DNA of 64,000 bases, taken from contig CM082590.2 in assembly GCA_040954595.2 (NCBI GenBank), positions 10,938,088-11,002,087 on the forward strand. Reading direction: 5' to 3'. Below, piece after piece: positions 47,405-60,800 of this stretch (positions are counted from its first letter, which is position 1; each line of letters opens with the position of its first letter). The position numbers and the translations under genes are program-made. Source of the DNA: Balanoglossus misakiensis. Lineage: Eukaryota > Animalia > Hemichordata. The notes under the pieces were generated by a model. That model saw only the letters and a list, made by a program, of their open reading frames with translations, did not search any database and was not told where the DNA came from.

Positions 47405-50400
47405 AAGAGAGGGGAGGGGGAGAGAGATAGAGGGGGGGGGTGTTCACAAAAGGCATAATTGTCTGTATGACATTTGTGAAGGAGGGAGGAAGAGAGGGGG
47501 TCTTCACAAAAAGCATAAGTGTCTGTATGACATTTGTGAAGGAGGGAGGAAGAGAGGGGGTCTTCACAAAAAGCATAAGTGTCTGTATGACATTTGTGTA
47601 GGAGGGAGGAAGAGAGGGGGTCTTCACAAAAAGCATAAGTGTCTGTATGACATTTGTGTAGGAGGGAGGAAGAGAGGGGGTCTTCACAAAAAGCATAAGT
47701 GTCTGTATGACATCTGTGAAGGAGGGAGGAAGAGAGGGGGTCTTCACAAAAAGCATAAGTGTCTGTATGACATTTGTGAAGGAGGGAGGAAGAGAGGGGG
47801 TCTTCACAAAAAGCATAAGTGTCTGTATGACATTTGTGTAGGAGGGAGGAAGAGAGGGGGTCTTCACAAAAAGCATAAGTGTCTGTATGACATTTGTGTA
47901 GGAGGGAGGAAGAGAGGGGGTCTTCACAAAAAGCATAAGTGTCTGTATGACATCTGTGAAGGAGGGAGGAAGAGAGGGGGTCTTCACAAAAAGCATAAGT
48001 GTCTGTATGACATTTGTGAAGGAGGGAGGAAGAGAGGGGGTCTTCACAAAAAGCATAAGTGTCTGTATGACATCTGTGTAGGAGGGAGGAAGAGAGGGGG
48101 TCTTCACAAAAAGCATAAGTGTCTGTATGACATCTGTGAAGGAGGGAGGAAGAGAGGGGGTCTTCACAAAAAGCATAAGTGTCTGTATGACATCTGTGAA
48201 GGAGGGAGGAAGAGAGGGGGTCTTCACAAAAAGCATAAGTGTCTGTATGACATTTGTGAAGGAGGGAGGAAGAGAGGGGGTCTTCACAAAAAGCATAAGT
48301 GTCTGTATGACATTTGTGAAGGAGGGAGGAAGAGAGGGGGTCTTCACAAAAAGCATAAGTGTCTGTATGACATTTGTGAAGGAGGGAGGAAGAGAGGGGG
48401 TCTTCACAAAAAGCATAAGTGTCTGTATGACATTTGTGCAGGAGGGAGGAAGAGAGGGGGTCTTCACAAAAAGCATAAGTGTCTGTATGACATCTGTGAA
48501 GGAGGGAGGAAGAGAGGGGGTCTTCACAAAAAGCATAAGTGTCTGTATGACATTTGTGCAGGAGGGAGGAAGAGAGGGGGTCTTCACAAAAAGCATAAGT
48601 GTCTGTATGACATTTGTGAAGGAGGGAGGAAGAGAGGGGGTCTTCACAAAAAGCATAAGTGTCTGTATGACATTTGTGCAGGAGGGAGGAAGAGAGGGGG
48701 TCTTCACAAAAAGCATAAGTGTCTGTATGACATTTGTGAAGGAGGGAGGAAGAGAGGGGGTCTTCACAAAAAGCATAAGTGTCTGTATGACATTTGTGAA
48801 GGAGGGAGGAAGAGAGGGGGTCTTCACAAAAAGCATAAGTGTCTGTATGACATTTGTGTAGGAGGGAGGAAGAGAGGGGGTCTTCACAAAAAGCATAAGT
48901 GTCTGTATGACATTTGTGAAGGAGGGAGGAAGAGAGGGGGTCTTCACAAAAAGCATAAGTGTCTGTATGACATTTGTGAAGGAGGGAGGAAGAGAGGGGG
49001 TCTTCACAAAAAGCATAAGTGTCTGTATGACATTTGTGTAGGAGGGAGGAAGAGAGGGGGTCTTCACAAAAAGCATAAGTGTCTGTATGACATCTGTGAA
49101 GGAGGGAGGAAGAGAGGGGGTCTTCACAAAAAGCATAAGTGTCTGTATGACATTTGTGAAGGAGGGAGGAAGAGAGGGGGTCTTCACAAAAAGCATAAGT
49201 GTCTGTATGACATTTGTGAAGGAGGGAGGAAGAGAGGGGGTCTTCACAAAAAGCATAAGTGTCTGTATGACATTTGTGAAGGAGGGAGGAAGAGAGGGGG
49301 TCTTCACAAAAAGCATAAGTGTCTGTATGACATCTGTGAAGGAGGGAGGAAGAGAGGGGGTCTTCACAAAAAGCATAAGTGTCTGTATGACATCTGTGAA
49401 GGAGGGAGGAAGAGAGGGGGTCTTCACAAAAAGCATAAGTGTCTGTATGACATCTGTGAAGGAGGGAGGAAGAGAGGGGGTCTTCACAAAAAGCATAAGT
49501 GTCTGTATGACATTTGTGAAGGAGGGAGGAAGAGAGGGGGTCTTCACAAAAAGCATAAGTGTCTGTATGACATTTGTGCAGGAGGGAGGAAGAGAGGGGG
49601 TCTTCACAAAAAGCATAAGTGTCTGTATGACATTTGTGCAGGAGGGAGGAAGAGAGGGGGTCTTCACAAAAAGCATAAGTGTCTGTATGACATTTGTGTA
49701 GGAGGGAGGAAGAGAGGGGGTCTTCACAAAAAGCATAAGTGTCTGTATGACATTTGTGAAGGAGGGAGGAAGAGAGGGGGTCTTCACAAAAAGCATAAGT
49801 GTCTGTATGACATTTGTGAAGGAGGGAGGAAGAGAGGGGGTCTTCACAAAAAGCATAAGTGTCTGTATGACATTTGTGAAGGAGGGAGGAAGAGAGGGGG
49901 TCTTCACAAAAAGCATAAGTGTCTGTATGACATTTGTGAAGGAGGGAGGAAGAGAGGGGGTCTTCACAAAAAGCATAAGTGTCTGTATGACATTTGTGAA
50001 GGAGGGAGGAAGAGAGGGGGTCTTCACAAAAAGCATAAGTGTCTGTATGACATTTGTGAAGGAGGGAGGAAGAGAGGGGGTCTTCACAAAAAGCATAAGT
50101 GTCTGTATGACATTTGTGAAGGAGGGAGGAAGAGAGGGGGTCTTCACAAAAAGCATAAGTGTCTGTATGACATTTGTGAAGGAGGGAGGAAGAGAGGGGG
50201 TCTTCACAAAAAGCATAAGTGTCTGTATGACATTTGTGAAGGAGGGAGGAAGAGAGGGGGTCTTCACAAAAAGCATAAGTGTCTGTATGACATTTGTGAA
50301 GGAGGGAGGAAGAGAGGGGGTCTTCACAAAAAGCATAAGTGTCTGTATGACATCTGTGAAGGAGGGAGGAAGAGAGGGGGTCTTCACAAAAAGCATAAGT

Positions 50401-52765
50401 GTCTGTATGACATCTGTGTAGGAGGGAGGAAGAGAGGGGGTCTTCACAAAAAGCATAAGTGTCTGTATGACATTTGTGAAGGAGGGAGGAAGAGAGGGGG
50501 TCTTCACAAAAAGCATAAGTGTCTGTATGACATTTGTGAAGGAGGGAGGAAGAGAGGGGGTCTTCACAAAAAGCATAAGTGTCTGTATGACATTTGTGTA
50601 GGAGGGAGGAAGAGAGGGGGTCTTCACAAAAAGCATAAGTGTCTGTATGACATTTGTGAAGGAGGGAGGAAGAGAGGGGGTCTTCACAAAAAGCATAAGT
50701 GTCTGTATGACATTTGTGAAGGAGGGAGGAAGAGAGGGGGTCTTCACAAAAAGCATAAGTGTCTGTATGACATTTGTGTAGGAGGGAGGAAGAGAGGGGG
50801 TCTTCACAAAAAGCATAAGTGTCTGTATGACATTTGTGTAGGAGGGAGGAAGAGAGGGGGTCTTCACAAAAAGCATAAGTGTCTGTATGACATTTGTGTA
50901 GGAGGGAGGAAGAGAGGGGGTCTTCACAAAAAGCATAAGTGTCTGTATGACATTTGTGAAGGAGGGAGGAAGAGAGGGGGTCTTCACAAAAAGCATAAGT
51001 GTCTGTATGACATCTGTGAAGGAGGGAGGAAGAGAGGGGGTCTTCACAAAAAGCATAAGTGTCTGTATGACATCTGTGAAGGAGGGAGGAAGAGAGGGGG
51101 TCTTCACAAAAAGCATAAGTGTCTGTATGACATCTGTGAAGGAGGGAGGAAGAGAGGGGGTCTTCACAAAAAGCATAAGTGTCTGTATGACATCTGTGAA
51201 GGAGGGAGGAAGAGAGGGGGTCTTCACAAAAAGCATAAGTGTCTGTATGACATCTGTGAAGGAGGGAGGAAGAGAGGGGGTCTTCACAAAAAGCATAAGT
51301 GTCTGTATGACATCTGTGAAGGAGGGAGGAAGAGAGGGGGTCTTCACAAAAAGCATAAGTGTCTGTATGACATTTGTGTAGGAGGGAGGAAGAGAGGGGG
51401 TCTTCACAAAAAGCATAAGTGTCTGTATGACATTTGTGAAGGAGGGAGGAAGAGAGGGGGTCTTCACAAAAAGCATAAGTGTCTGTATGACATCTGTGAA
51501 GGAGGGAGGAAGAGAGGGGGTCTTCACAAAAAGCATAAGTGTCTGTATGACATCTGTGAAGGAGGGAGGAAGAGAGGGGGTCTTCACAAAAAGCATAAGT
51601 GTCTGTATGACATTTGTGTAGGAGGGAGGAAGAGAGGGGGTCTTCACAAAAAGCATAAGTGTCTGTATGACATTTGTGAAGGAGGGAGGAAGAGAGGGGG
51701 TCTTCACAAAAAGCATAAGTGTCTGTATGACATCTGTGAAGGAGGGAGGAAGAGAGGGGGTCTTCACAAAAAGCATAAGTGTCTGTATGACATCTGTGAA
51801 GGAGGGAGGAAGAGAGGGGGTCTTCACAAAAAGCATAAGTGTCTGTATGACATTTGTGAAGGAGGGAGGAAGAGAGGGGGTCTTCACAAAAAGCATAAGT
51901 GTCTGTATGACATCTGTGAAGGAGGGAGGAAGAGAGGGGGTCTTCACAAAAAGCATAAGTGTCTGTATGACATCTGTGAAGGAGGGAGGAAGAGAGGGGG
52001 TCTTCACAAAAAGCATAAGTGTCTGTATGACATCTGTGAAGGAGGGAGGAAGAGAGGGGGTCTTCACAAAAAGCATAAGTGTCTGTATGACATCTGTGAA
52101 GGAGGGAGGAAGAGAGGGGGTCTTCACAAAAAGCATAAGTGTCTGTATGACATCTGTGAAGGAGGGAGGAAGAGAGGGGGTCTTCACAAAAAGCATAAGT
52201 GTCTGTATGACATCTGTGAAGGAGGGAGGAAGAGAGGGGGTCTTCACAAAAAGCATAAGTGTCTGTATGACATCTGTGAAGGAGGGAGGAAGAGAGGGGG
52301 TCTTCACAAAAAGCATAAGTGTCTGTATGACATCTGTGAAGGAGGGAGGAAGAGAGGGGGTCTTCACAAAAAGCATAAGTGTCTGTATGACATTTGTGAA
52401 GGAGGGAGGAAGAGAGGGGGTCTTCACAAAAAGCATAAGTGTCTGTATGACATTTGTGGAGGAGGGAGGAAGAGAGGGGGTCTTCACAAAAAGCATAAGT
52501 GTCTGTATGACATTTGTGGAGGAGGGAGGAAGAGAGGGGGTCTTCACAAAAAGCACAAGTGTCTGTATGACATTTGTGGAGGAGGGAGGAAGAGAGGGGG
52601 TCTTCTCAAAAAGCATAAGTGTCTGTATGACATTTGTGAAGGAGGGAGGAAGAGAGGGGGTCTTCTCAAAAAGCATAAGTGTCTGTATGACATTTGTGAA
52701 GGAGGGAGGAAGAGAGGGGGTCTTCACAAAAGGCATATGTCTGTATGACATTTGTGAAGGAGGGA
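47405..52765. repeat. 60-bp minisatellite: 88 full units plus degenerate edge units
   Basis: Unit GTCTGTATGACAT(T/C)TGTG(A/T/C/G)AGGAGGGAGGAAGAGAGGGGGTCTTCACAAAAAGCATAAGT. It keeps exact 60-nt register from 47461 to the last full unit at 52681. Confidence 0.99.
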
Positions 52766-52838
52766 CAGACCTAATATTCGGCTTTGTCCTTTTTTTAACT
52801 GTAGTTACACTCAAGGAATACGACAAATAGATTTTATG

Positions 52839-52925
52839 TGGATGGATGGATGGATGGATGGATGGATGGATGGATGGTTGGTTGGATGGATGGATGGATG
52901 GATGGATGAATGGATGGACGGATGG
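52839..52925. repeat. (GGAT)n tetranucleotide microsatellite
   Basis: Direct reading, with a few GGTT/GAAT interruptions. Confidence 0.95.
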
Positions 52926-55900
52926 CTAAACAATAAGTAAAATATATCGCACAATTTAACATGCAGATATAAAAGCTTACGGAATTGGTACTTGCTAAAA
53001 TCAGCACATGATGCAGGTCCTTGTGGCTGCATGCAGTTTTACTTGTTGATAAGCAGTAGCTTGGCTGTATAAGCATGGTGTTTGCCAACGTTTTAGTAAT
53101 ATTGTCAAAACAGCCTAGTGATATTGTTGAGATTAAAACCTGACAGGCATACACTCTAACTATTTCAATCAACTTTAACAGTCAACATATTCTAAAGATT
53201 ACTTCTTTTCGTTAAATTCGCACTGTCAAGTAACAGATAAGAAAAATTGGCAAAGGAATGAAGTGTATTCACTAATTTGGTCCAATCAGCGAGTGGCAAA
53301 TGATCGATGTACTTGCGTCACGAAACGCAATTTCTGACAAAAGGCCAAGATCTATCAGTTTATCCGCAAAACCTTCATCGTTATCTTGACAGAAATTGGC
53401 CTATTTTGCGAGTTTTGATCACACAAATTGGCAATTTCCCCACGTAAACTGTGTCTTCCTTCTAATAATTTGTAAGATATTAAATATTTATTTTTGTAGA
53501 AAAGTGACGTTGTGCACAGTCCTAATGTTCAAACTGTTCACACTATTTGTTCACTCAAAACATTGCTCTTGCAATATCGCTGTGTGGCATAATCTATATC
53601 TGTGTTAGGATTTCTGTACAGACCGTCACGTACGACAAATCTATCCTCAAGGATTTCTGCAGAAGTGTGGACATACTGATAGCACAATTGCAACGATTCA
53701 ATCGCTGATTTTATCGTTGAAAGGAATTTATCCCTCACAAATCCTATTCATGTCGTTTGCATTTGTAACGTAGATACATGTATTTTGTTATCAAAGATTG
53801 TTTTCTTATCATGGTATGTTTAATTTGAAGAATTCTCATTGTGTTTCTATCCCTCCAATTCTGTAAATGAAGACTTTTGTGTCAACTCAACATCAAGGCT
53901 GTTTAAAATGATGTGTTGATGTGATCTTTCAAGGTCTGTCTGTAAATTTGTCTGTCTACATCTCTATCTCTCTCAATGCCATGACGTCAAATTACCCGAG
54001 ACTCGGAGTCCACTACTGGTATGTGACTAAACATATCCATTTTCATCAAAGCGTATCCTACCCTCCCTGAGTTAGTGAAAATATACTGCATTTACGTGAT
54101 GAATGTCCAGAAAAAATAATCTCACTTCGTATTAAAAGCCTGAGTTTAATTTCCTGGGCTTAGTTTGAGAAATCCTCAAAGGCTAACTGGAAAATATGAG
54201 TTATAACATAGAGAAACGAAGGCTTGAGAGAGTTTTGCCAAAACATCCAAATTTTAACTTGAGCTTGTGACACAATAATTCCAACTGTCCCTTAGAAGAC
54301 ATGAGAGATAAAACGGCCTGACTAAAGTTAATAAAAATCTGAAACGACTGGTCTTAAAATATATAACTTCATGATAAATTTAATGGTGGATTTAATGAGA
54401 CATTGTACCAACCCCTACCAGACAAATCCTCACACAGTTTCCTTTTAAATTGATGACATATTTGCAGAAATCTCTCCAAGCAGCTTCTACAAAATTACGG
54501 GTCTACCAAACCACTTACAATTACTGAATGAACAGATTAAATTCAACGCCTGGGGCGATTATCTGACATTAATAAGAACTGCCTCGTGTTTATTTTTCAC
54601 GTTAATAATATCAAGATGTTAGAAAATTGATTAGTTCTCTCCAGGTCTGTGCAGAATTAATGGATATAAATATTTGAATTTCTTTAACGAATTTAGAGTT
54701 GAGTTGTGTCTTTGTCATAGTGTGTGTATAATCGAATAGTACCACGTAGGAAAAAAAGAAGTGAATTGATTCAATCTGATTGGTTGATTAGTGACGTCAC
54801 AAACTTTGGCATTAGTAAGTACACAGATTTGTCTTTATTGTGCACGAGAATTGCTGATGTCATAGGTCATGAGCATTTCACAATTCCCAATTGGAAGTTT
54901 GTATTGCTGAACAAATAAATCTTTCTCTACAAGAATAAACTTGCCAGATCAATTTGAAAAGCAATCGTTGGCACCGACAATTTGTGTCTTAAATTGTGCT
55001 GCAAATCGACTAATGGAGCTTGTCGCTAAGAAAAGAATCTTGATCTGTCGTACTAACTGCACCATTGACAGAGTAAAATCTCTGGATATTAAACTAGGAC
55101 ATATATATAGGCCTGGGACTGTTTTCCGAAGTAAGTTGGGCCAGTCTGAAAGAATTACATTGTTGTGTCTCACCAAACAAACACTCTCCAATTACCATAT
55201 TAAATTGGTTCCATCTGTCATGACAAAATGTGAATATTTTTCAAGTGGACATTCTGTCGACATGTTAACGCATTCAGCAGGGTCATGTACTCCATATTTG
55301 GCAATGTTATCAAATTTCAAATCAGATCAGTAATTTTGAGTTGAAAAGAATTAATTACTCACTTAATCAATCAATCAATCAATCAATTAATTAATTAATG
55401 AACAGTTTATGACTAAAAAGGGTATAATTATATTTAACAATGACACTCAATGTGAAGAGATCTTATGACATATGGATAGTGTAAGTATTTACACGATAAA
55501 ACGTTTTAAAGAATAATGATAAAATATCCCTCCAAATAAACTAGGCTTGAGTTTTATTTCATGTCGATTATAATATTCTTTTGTTTGATTTTCACTGCAT
55601 CTATTTCTCACGTGGGGATTATCAAAATGCTTGGAAAACGTGATGAACTGACAAACACCCTGGATACACAAAAGTGAAAATCCTTGACATGAATGGCAGT
55701 TATTTTGTTGCCATCGGCGATCACAACACGTAGCTGCATAAAATTTGCCAATCGAGAGATTATCAAAGATTCATAACACGTAGCCTGGCCTGATATATCT
55801 GGAGTAGGCTTTTAAAATTTAATTATAGCTATACAATAGTTGATATTAATAATAAATAGTAGGCTGAAAATATACGCAAATAGAGTCAAATTCTGCGGAG

Positions 55901-57745
55901 AAGATAAACAATTTTTGCTTTAGGTTTATCAGCTGTAACTTTTTGTTATATAATTCTCGTTCTACTCCTCGAATGCTAAGCTTGTCAACATTGCCCAAGG
56001 ATGTATATTTGACTACTATTGTTCCCTTTGACAAATGCGTTAAAGTTTGGATATAAACAAGAAAATAACAATGTTGACTGTATATACACGCCATTTTCAT
56101 ATTGGCTGTGTTAATAACCTAATACTGCTTGACGTTTTTTGTGCTTGACTTCAAATTCTTTCACTAGTTGTCTGCACTCTGGAAAGATGTCAGTAGGATG
56201 TCAACAAGCAATAATCTCAAAAGCAAGGTGCTAAGCACAATATTTTGCTCATTAATTATTGAAAAATACTGATATCCGCGCACTAAATAGGTAGGGTGTC
56301 TGACGTATTAGCAGTTTCAAAACAGCTCTCAGCTGTGAGGCTGTGACTGACTGAGAACAGAAATAATAAATTGCACCCTGTTTAGCTAGTCATTGGCGGA
56401 CATTGTAGAATTCTCCTCCTGCGTCATCTCTCACTCAGGGCTCGAGGATGTCGTTAATTTACCTCCGGTGTTTTCATTATCATCGTCTCATCTCCGCGTA
56501 AATTGGAGTGGGTGGCTTGTACAAAAGGCATTTGATATTGTGTGGGGAGGAAAACAGGATTGCCTGCAGCTCGGGTTACTGATGGGATATAGGGAACTGT
56601 CAAATGGCATTTCGTTACTACACGACAAAGCACATTGCGCATCACTTAGGTCACGACACTGCATTGGAGTTTAACAAAGAAATATAAGCTTATAGATCGA
56701 GGACTCCTACAGTGTTTTTAACTTCACCTTGCCAATCTGGTTTTAACAATAATCATATTTATGAATGGAACACATGATGTTGTCAAAAAACCCAACATGA
56801 TTGTGTTACATGCCTTCAGAAATCGGCTTGGTAATTATGACGTTTCACTTTTTAATTTGTTTTACCAAGTACTGTAATGATATTAGAGTTTAGTCCACTA
56901 CCTTAAGGTATACAGTATACTTTTCTGGTTTTTTTTCTTCGTGGAATTGAAGTTTTGTTTGGATGAATGAGCCATGTGTTTGATGCAGATGTGTTTGCTA
57001 AACCTAACTTTTCTGTAAAAACATCAGCTTGGAGATGAACATCAGTAATCCAAACATGAGACAGAGACGGAAATTAATTTCGTTTTAGAAAAAAAGGATA
57101 TGTACTCCCTGCAATGGCGGTGTCCTTTTCTGACTTGAATATGACATCGAAAAGAAGACTTTTTATTAAAACTGAACACCGACTATTCCAGCAGCTCTGG
57201 CCTCCTGTTCAGTTTCTTGAGCATTCCTCTGAGGGTTGTTCTTTAATTAGTTAGTTCTGTCAGCGCTGTGAGATCGTGGGTGGGCAACCAGCAGAGACGG
57301 GTAGACAACCAGCTGTTTAAAAAAAGTCTTCCTGACGTAGATCTGGAAACGAAAGTGTTGATTAAATACCAGGCAGTGTGCCCTCTAACAAACTTAATTT
57401 TTAAAAGCTTTGAGTCAATTTAGAAATTTCAGTCCAACACCTTTGCATGTAGTGAGGATAATTTTCTTGAGTCACCAGTGAGTTTGTTGAGTCATCATAA
57501 TTAGGCTTAGAGGGTACACTGGTGTGTGACTCAATCTCATTGCAAAGACATTGAATATAGTAAACAAGTGGAAATGATACGTCTATAAAATAAAATCCAT
57601 AGAATGTTACTTTATCTTAGATGTTTTATTTTCTACTGATTCTATTGAACCGCTAAGTGTTTTGCCATTTAAATGTGTTTTATAAAGTAGAACAAAATAG
57701 CTTATTATAAATTAACATAATATATAAAGTACGTAGAACCAAAAA

Positions 57746-57890
57746 AACTATAGATAAAAAATAAAAATTCTACAAACTATAGATAAAAAATAAAAATTCT
57801 ACAAACTATAGATAAAAAATAAAAATTCTACAAACTATAGATAAAAAATAAAAATTCTACAAACTATAGATAAAAAATAAAAATTCTACA
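57746..57890. repeat. 29-bp AT-rich tandem repeat, 5 copies
   Basis: AACTATAGATAAAAAATAAAAATTCTACA x5, perfect. Confidence 0.95.
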
Positions 57891-60800
57891 AAATCATTGA
57901 TAACCAGTGGTCATCTGGAGATGACCATTGACAGAGCTATTTTATGCATTCATAAACTACTGCTTGAGGTCATGATCTTAGACTAATTCTAATCGATATG
58001 CGAGATATCAGATAAAGAAATGACTTAATCCTCTCGTCAGACATGAATACAATTTTATCTCTGTCGCTGTACTTTAAACTTTTCGCGAAATGTGTTGACA
58101 GCTGATAATATATTGTGGCAAACAAGTGTCTTTTGTGTTTGATTTGCATTGAAGAGAAACAAGACAAATTTATGAGCAGGCTTGCCGTAGAATGACAGGT
58201 TTTGCTATATATCATGTATAAAAACAAGGCGCTGCTATAAATTTTATTAAATTTTGGATATTCTTGGTCATCTTCATGTATTCAAGCATTGTCGTAAACC
58301 ATGAGCCCTTTTTGGCAACTGCGTCTTGTGTACCAAAAAAGGCCATGGTGGACAAGCCATTCAGGAAGGACATCTCATGGTGACAATAACTTACCCTTCA
58401 CTGTATTAAAGATACTTTGTAAAATGATCAGTGATTGGCTAATTCCGTCGTAAATTTCTAAGTGTCCAATAAGTCATGATTTCGCAGTGCAATATCTTCC
58501 CAAATCCATTTTTGCACAGTGGACATATAGTAAAGCTGTCGCTCATAAGTAAAACCTGCACTCACAAATAATCTAGTGGTCCTAGTCTAGTGGTCCTGCC
58601 TGCACTACTGGTCCTTATAGCTAACCTGCAATAAATTCATAATTACACAGCAAGTTGTTCAAGTAATTCCTCAAATGGAAATGCTGGATCTGCTCATTCA
58701 TAAAAACATTCAAATATCTACAGATATTAAAGATGTTTTTTCAATGGAAGTCACTATAGCTTGAATTGAAAATACACTTCGGACAATTAACATTCCCTGG
58801 CTGTTGAATTCGTTGATGCACCAATGAATTCAGGTTGCCCACCGACTCAGTTACAATGTAACAATTTTGTACAATTTTGATCCAATCACTGCATCAGTAA
58901 TCATTATCAACATATACATATCATTTGTATCTTTATATACAATGAAATTTCAAAGAGCAACAAATTAAAGCTATAATCTGCAGGCCATCCGGCCATCTTC
59001 CAAAAAGTTTTTCTGGTGATTTCTCAACAGTTTATGAGGTTGAAAATGTCTTTTGTCAGGACTGAAATGTGCAGCACTTTATACAATGAACCAATTCTCT
59101 CCAGGATATTCCTTGACTTTCCCAGGAGTGGTTTCCATTTCCAGATTTTTCCGGGAATGATATGCCAAGCCTGATAGCATTTATGTAAATGTTAAATGTT
59201 CTCATTTGCTTGTTGACTTCAAAATCTCTCACAGTGTCCGAATTCCTCCCATCCCTCCGTCCGTTCGCGACTTGATTACCAAATACGAATGACGCCCACG
59301 TCTTTGTTATTAAATTATCCCGTTTGGTTGAACTTGAAGACTGAAACTCGACAGTCTCCATTTCATCTACGACTTACATTATCTCGAGACCGCCTGAGTC
59401 AGCTGTACCTCAATTTTCCAAACCATTCTTGGATCCTGTGAAAGAAACAATATAAGAAATACTCATAAAAGATTGTACTGTGTGTGTTTCTTTATACACA
59501 ATGCTTTTTTGTGAAAAAAGGACTTATGAACAAAAATGCAACACAATCAATCAAATTTACAACTGACTATTCTTTTTTTAAACGTCATGATAACAGACCT
59601 CTGCACGGTCACTTTAAACAGTGATAATTTACAGCTATCAAATTGGCCAACTCATACTTCCTCTTTGACTGTTTTCACTACATGGCAAATAACAAGAGTA
59701 TTTGCATGTTTAGTGACCTCTCATATATTTGCACCTGTCTCTACAGATGTCAGATAATTGGATATATCCCGTGGTGATAAAATTGCGTGTTATGAAAGGC
59801 TGTCACTGGATGTGACACGATTGAGGCATATTTGGGATGAAGGATCTAAATACAGACATCTTTGCTCGCAAATGTCTGGGACAATGTGGTCGAGCCGACG
59901 ATCGCAACCCATGCGAGCTAACGATGAAATGCCAGACAATTACATACCACAAATGAAATTAACATAGCAGCTATATATCAAAATCCTGCCAAGTGATAGC
60001 TTTCCTGTGGTGACTCAGTACTTATATCACTGTTACACCAGATATCAAGCAAAGCAAAGGAAACGATTTCATAGTCTAGAATCTGTGTTGATTGAACGTT
60101 CAGAATTAACTGTTTCATGTTGTGTGTGATAATTGCCTGAGTATTGGCTAACTGAGCCAAATCACACTTGAAACAATCCAGCCAAGCATGAAGCCATTAT
60201 TCCAATTTGACACGATCACTAATACTTCACACAGGGTTTAACTATTTTCACGTACACTGTACAGACACTTTGACATTTCAATGGCCTTTGCATACCGACA
60301 GGAAGAGAATATTGGAACACAGATTTATGTGACGTACATGCCAAAGAAAATCAATACTCAAATAATTAAGAATAACTCTCCTTGCCAAAGTGTATTTATG
60401 ATATTAATAATGAAAATTGTATGTTAATTTTACTTTGCATGAAACATTAGGTAAGAATTTGGTTCTACAGATGTTTAAGATTTCTTTTATCCTTAAACAG
60501 AACACAGCGGGTTTCTGATTCAAAGATCAATTTGGCATTATGACTACTGCGTGAAACATAAACTGCTTCGAAATCAGACCAAGTCATTCCTATCTATGTA
60601 TAAAAGCAGTTCGCTGATTGGCTACGATTTCTACTGTGGTCATTCAAAGCCAATCAGATCCATGTTTATAAATATAAAATAGGTTAGGCTGACCCTCATG
60701 TCTGAAGTATTTCGAACAGCTATCAAACAGACTGGAGATTATTTAAATAATTCATGCTAAGGGGTCAAATCATATAATTATTGCATTGTGGGTAAGAAAG

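Noticed and set aside
47405-52765. CRISPR array or spacer-like memory locus
   Set aside because: Units are contiguous and near-identical with no unique spacers; the context is eukaryotic and there are no cas genes.
48127-52830. Plus-strand ORFs (MTFVKEGGREGVFTKSISVC)n
   Set aside because: These are translations of the minisatellite, interrupted by TAG wherever position 19 is T.
56393-56674. GC-richer patch with ORFs on both strands
   Set aside because: No frame gives a recognisable protein or a consistent exon.
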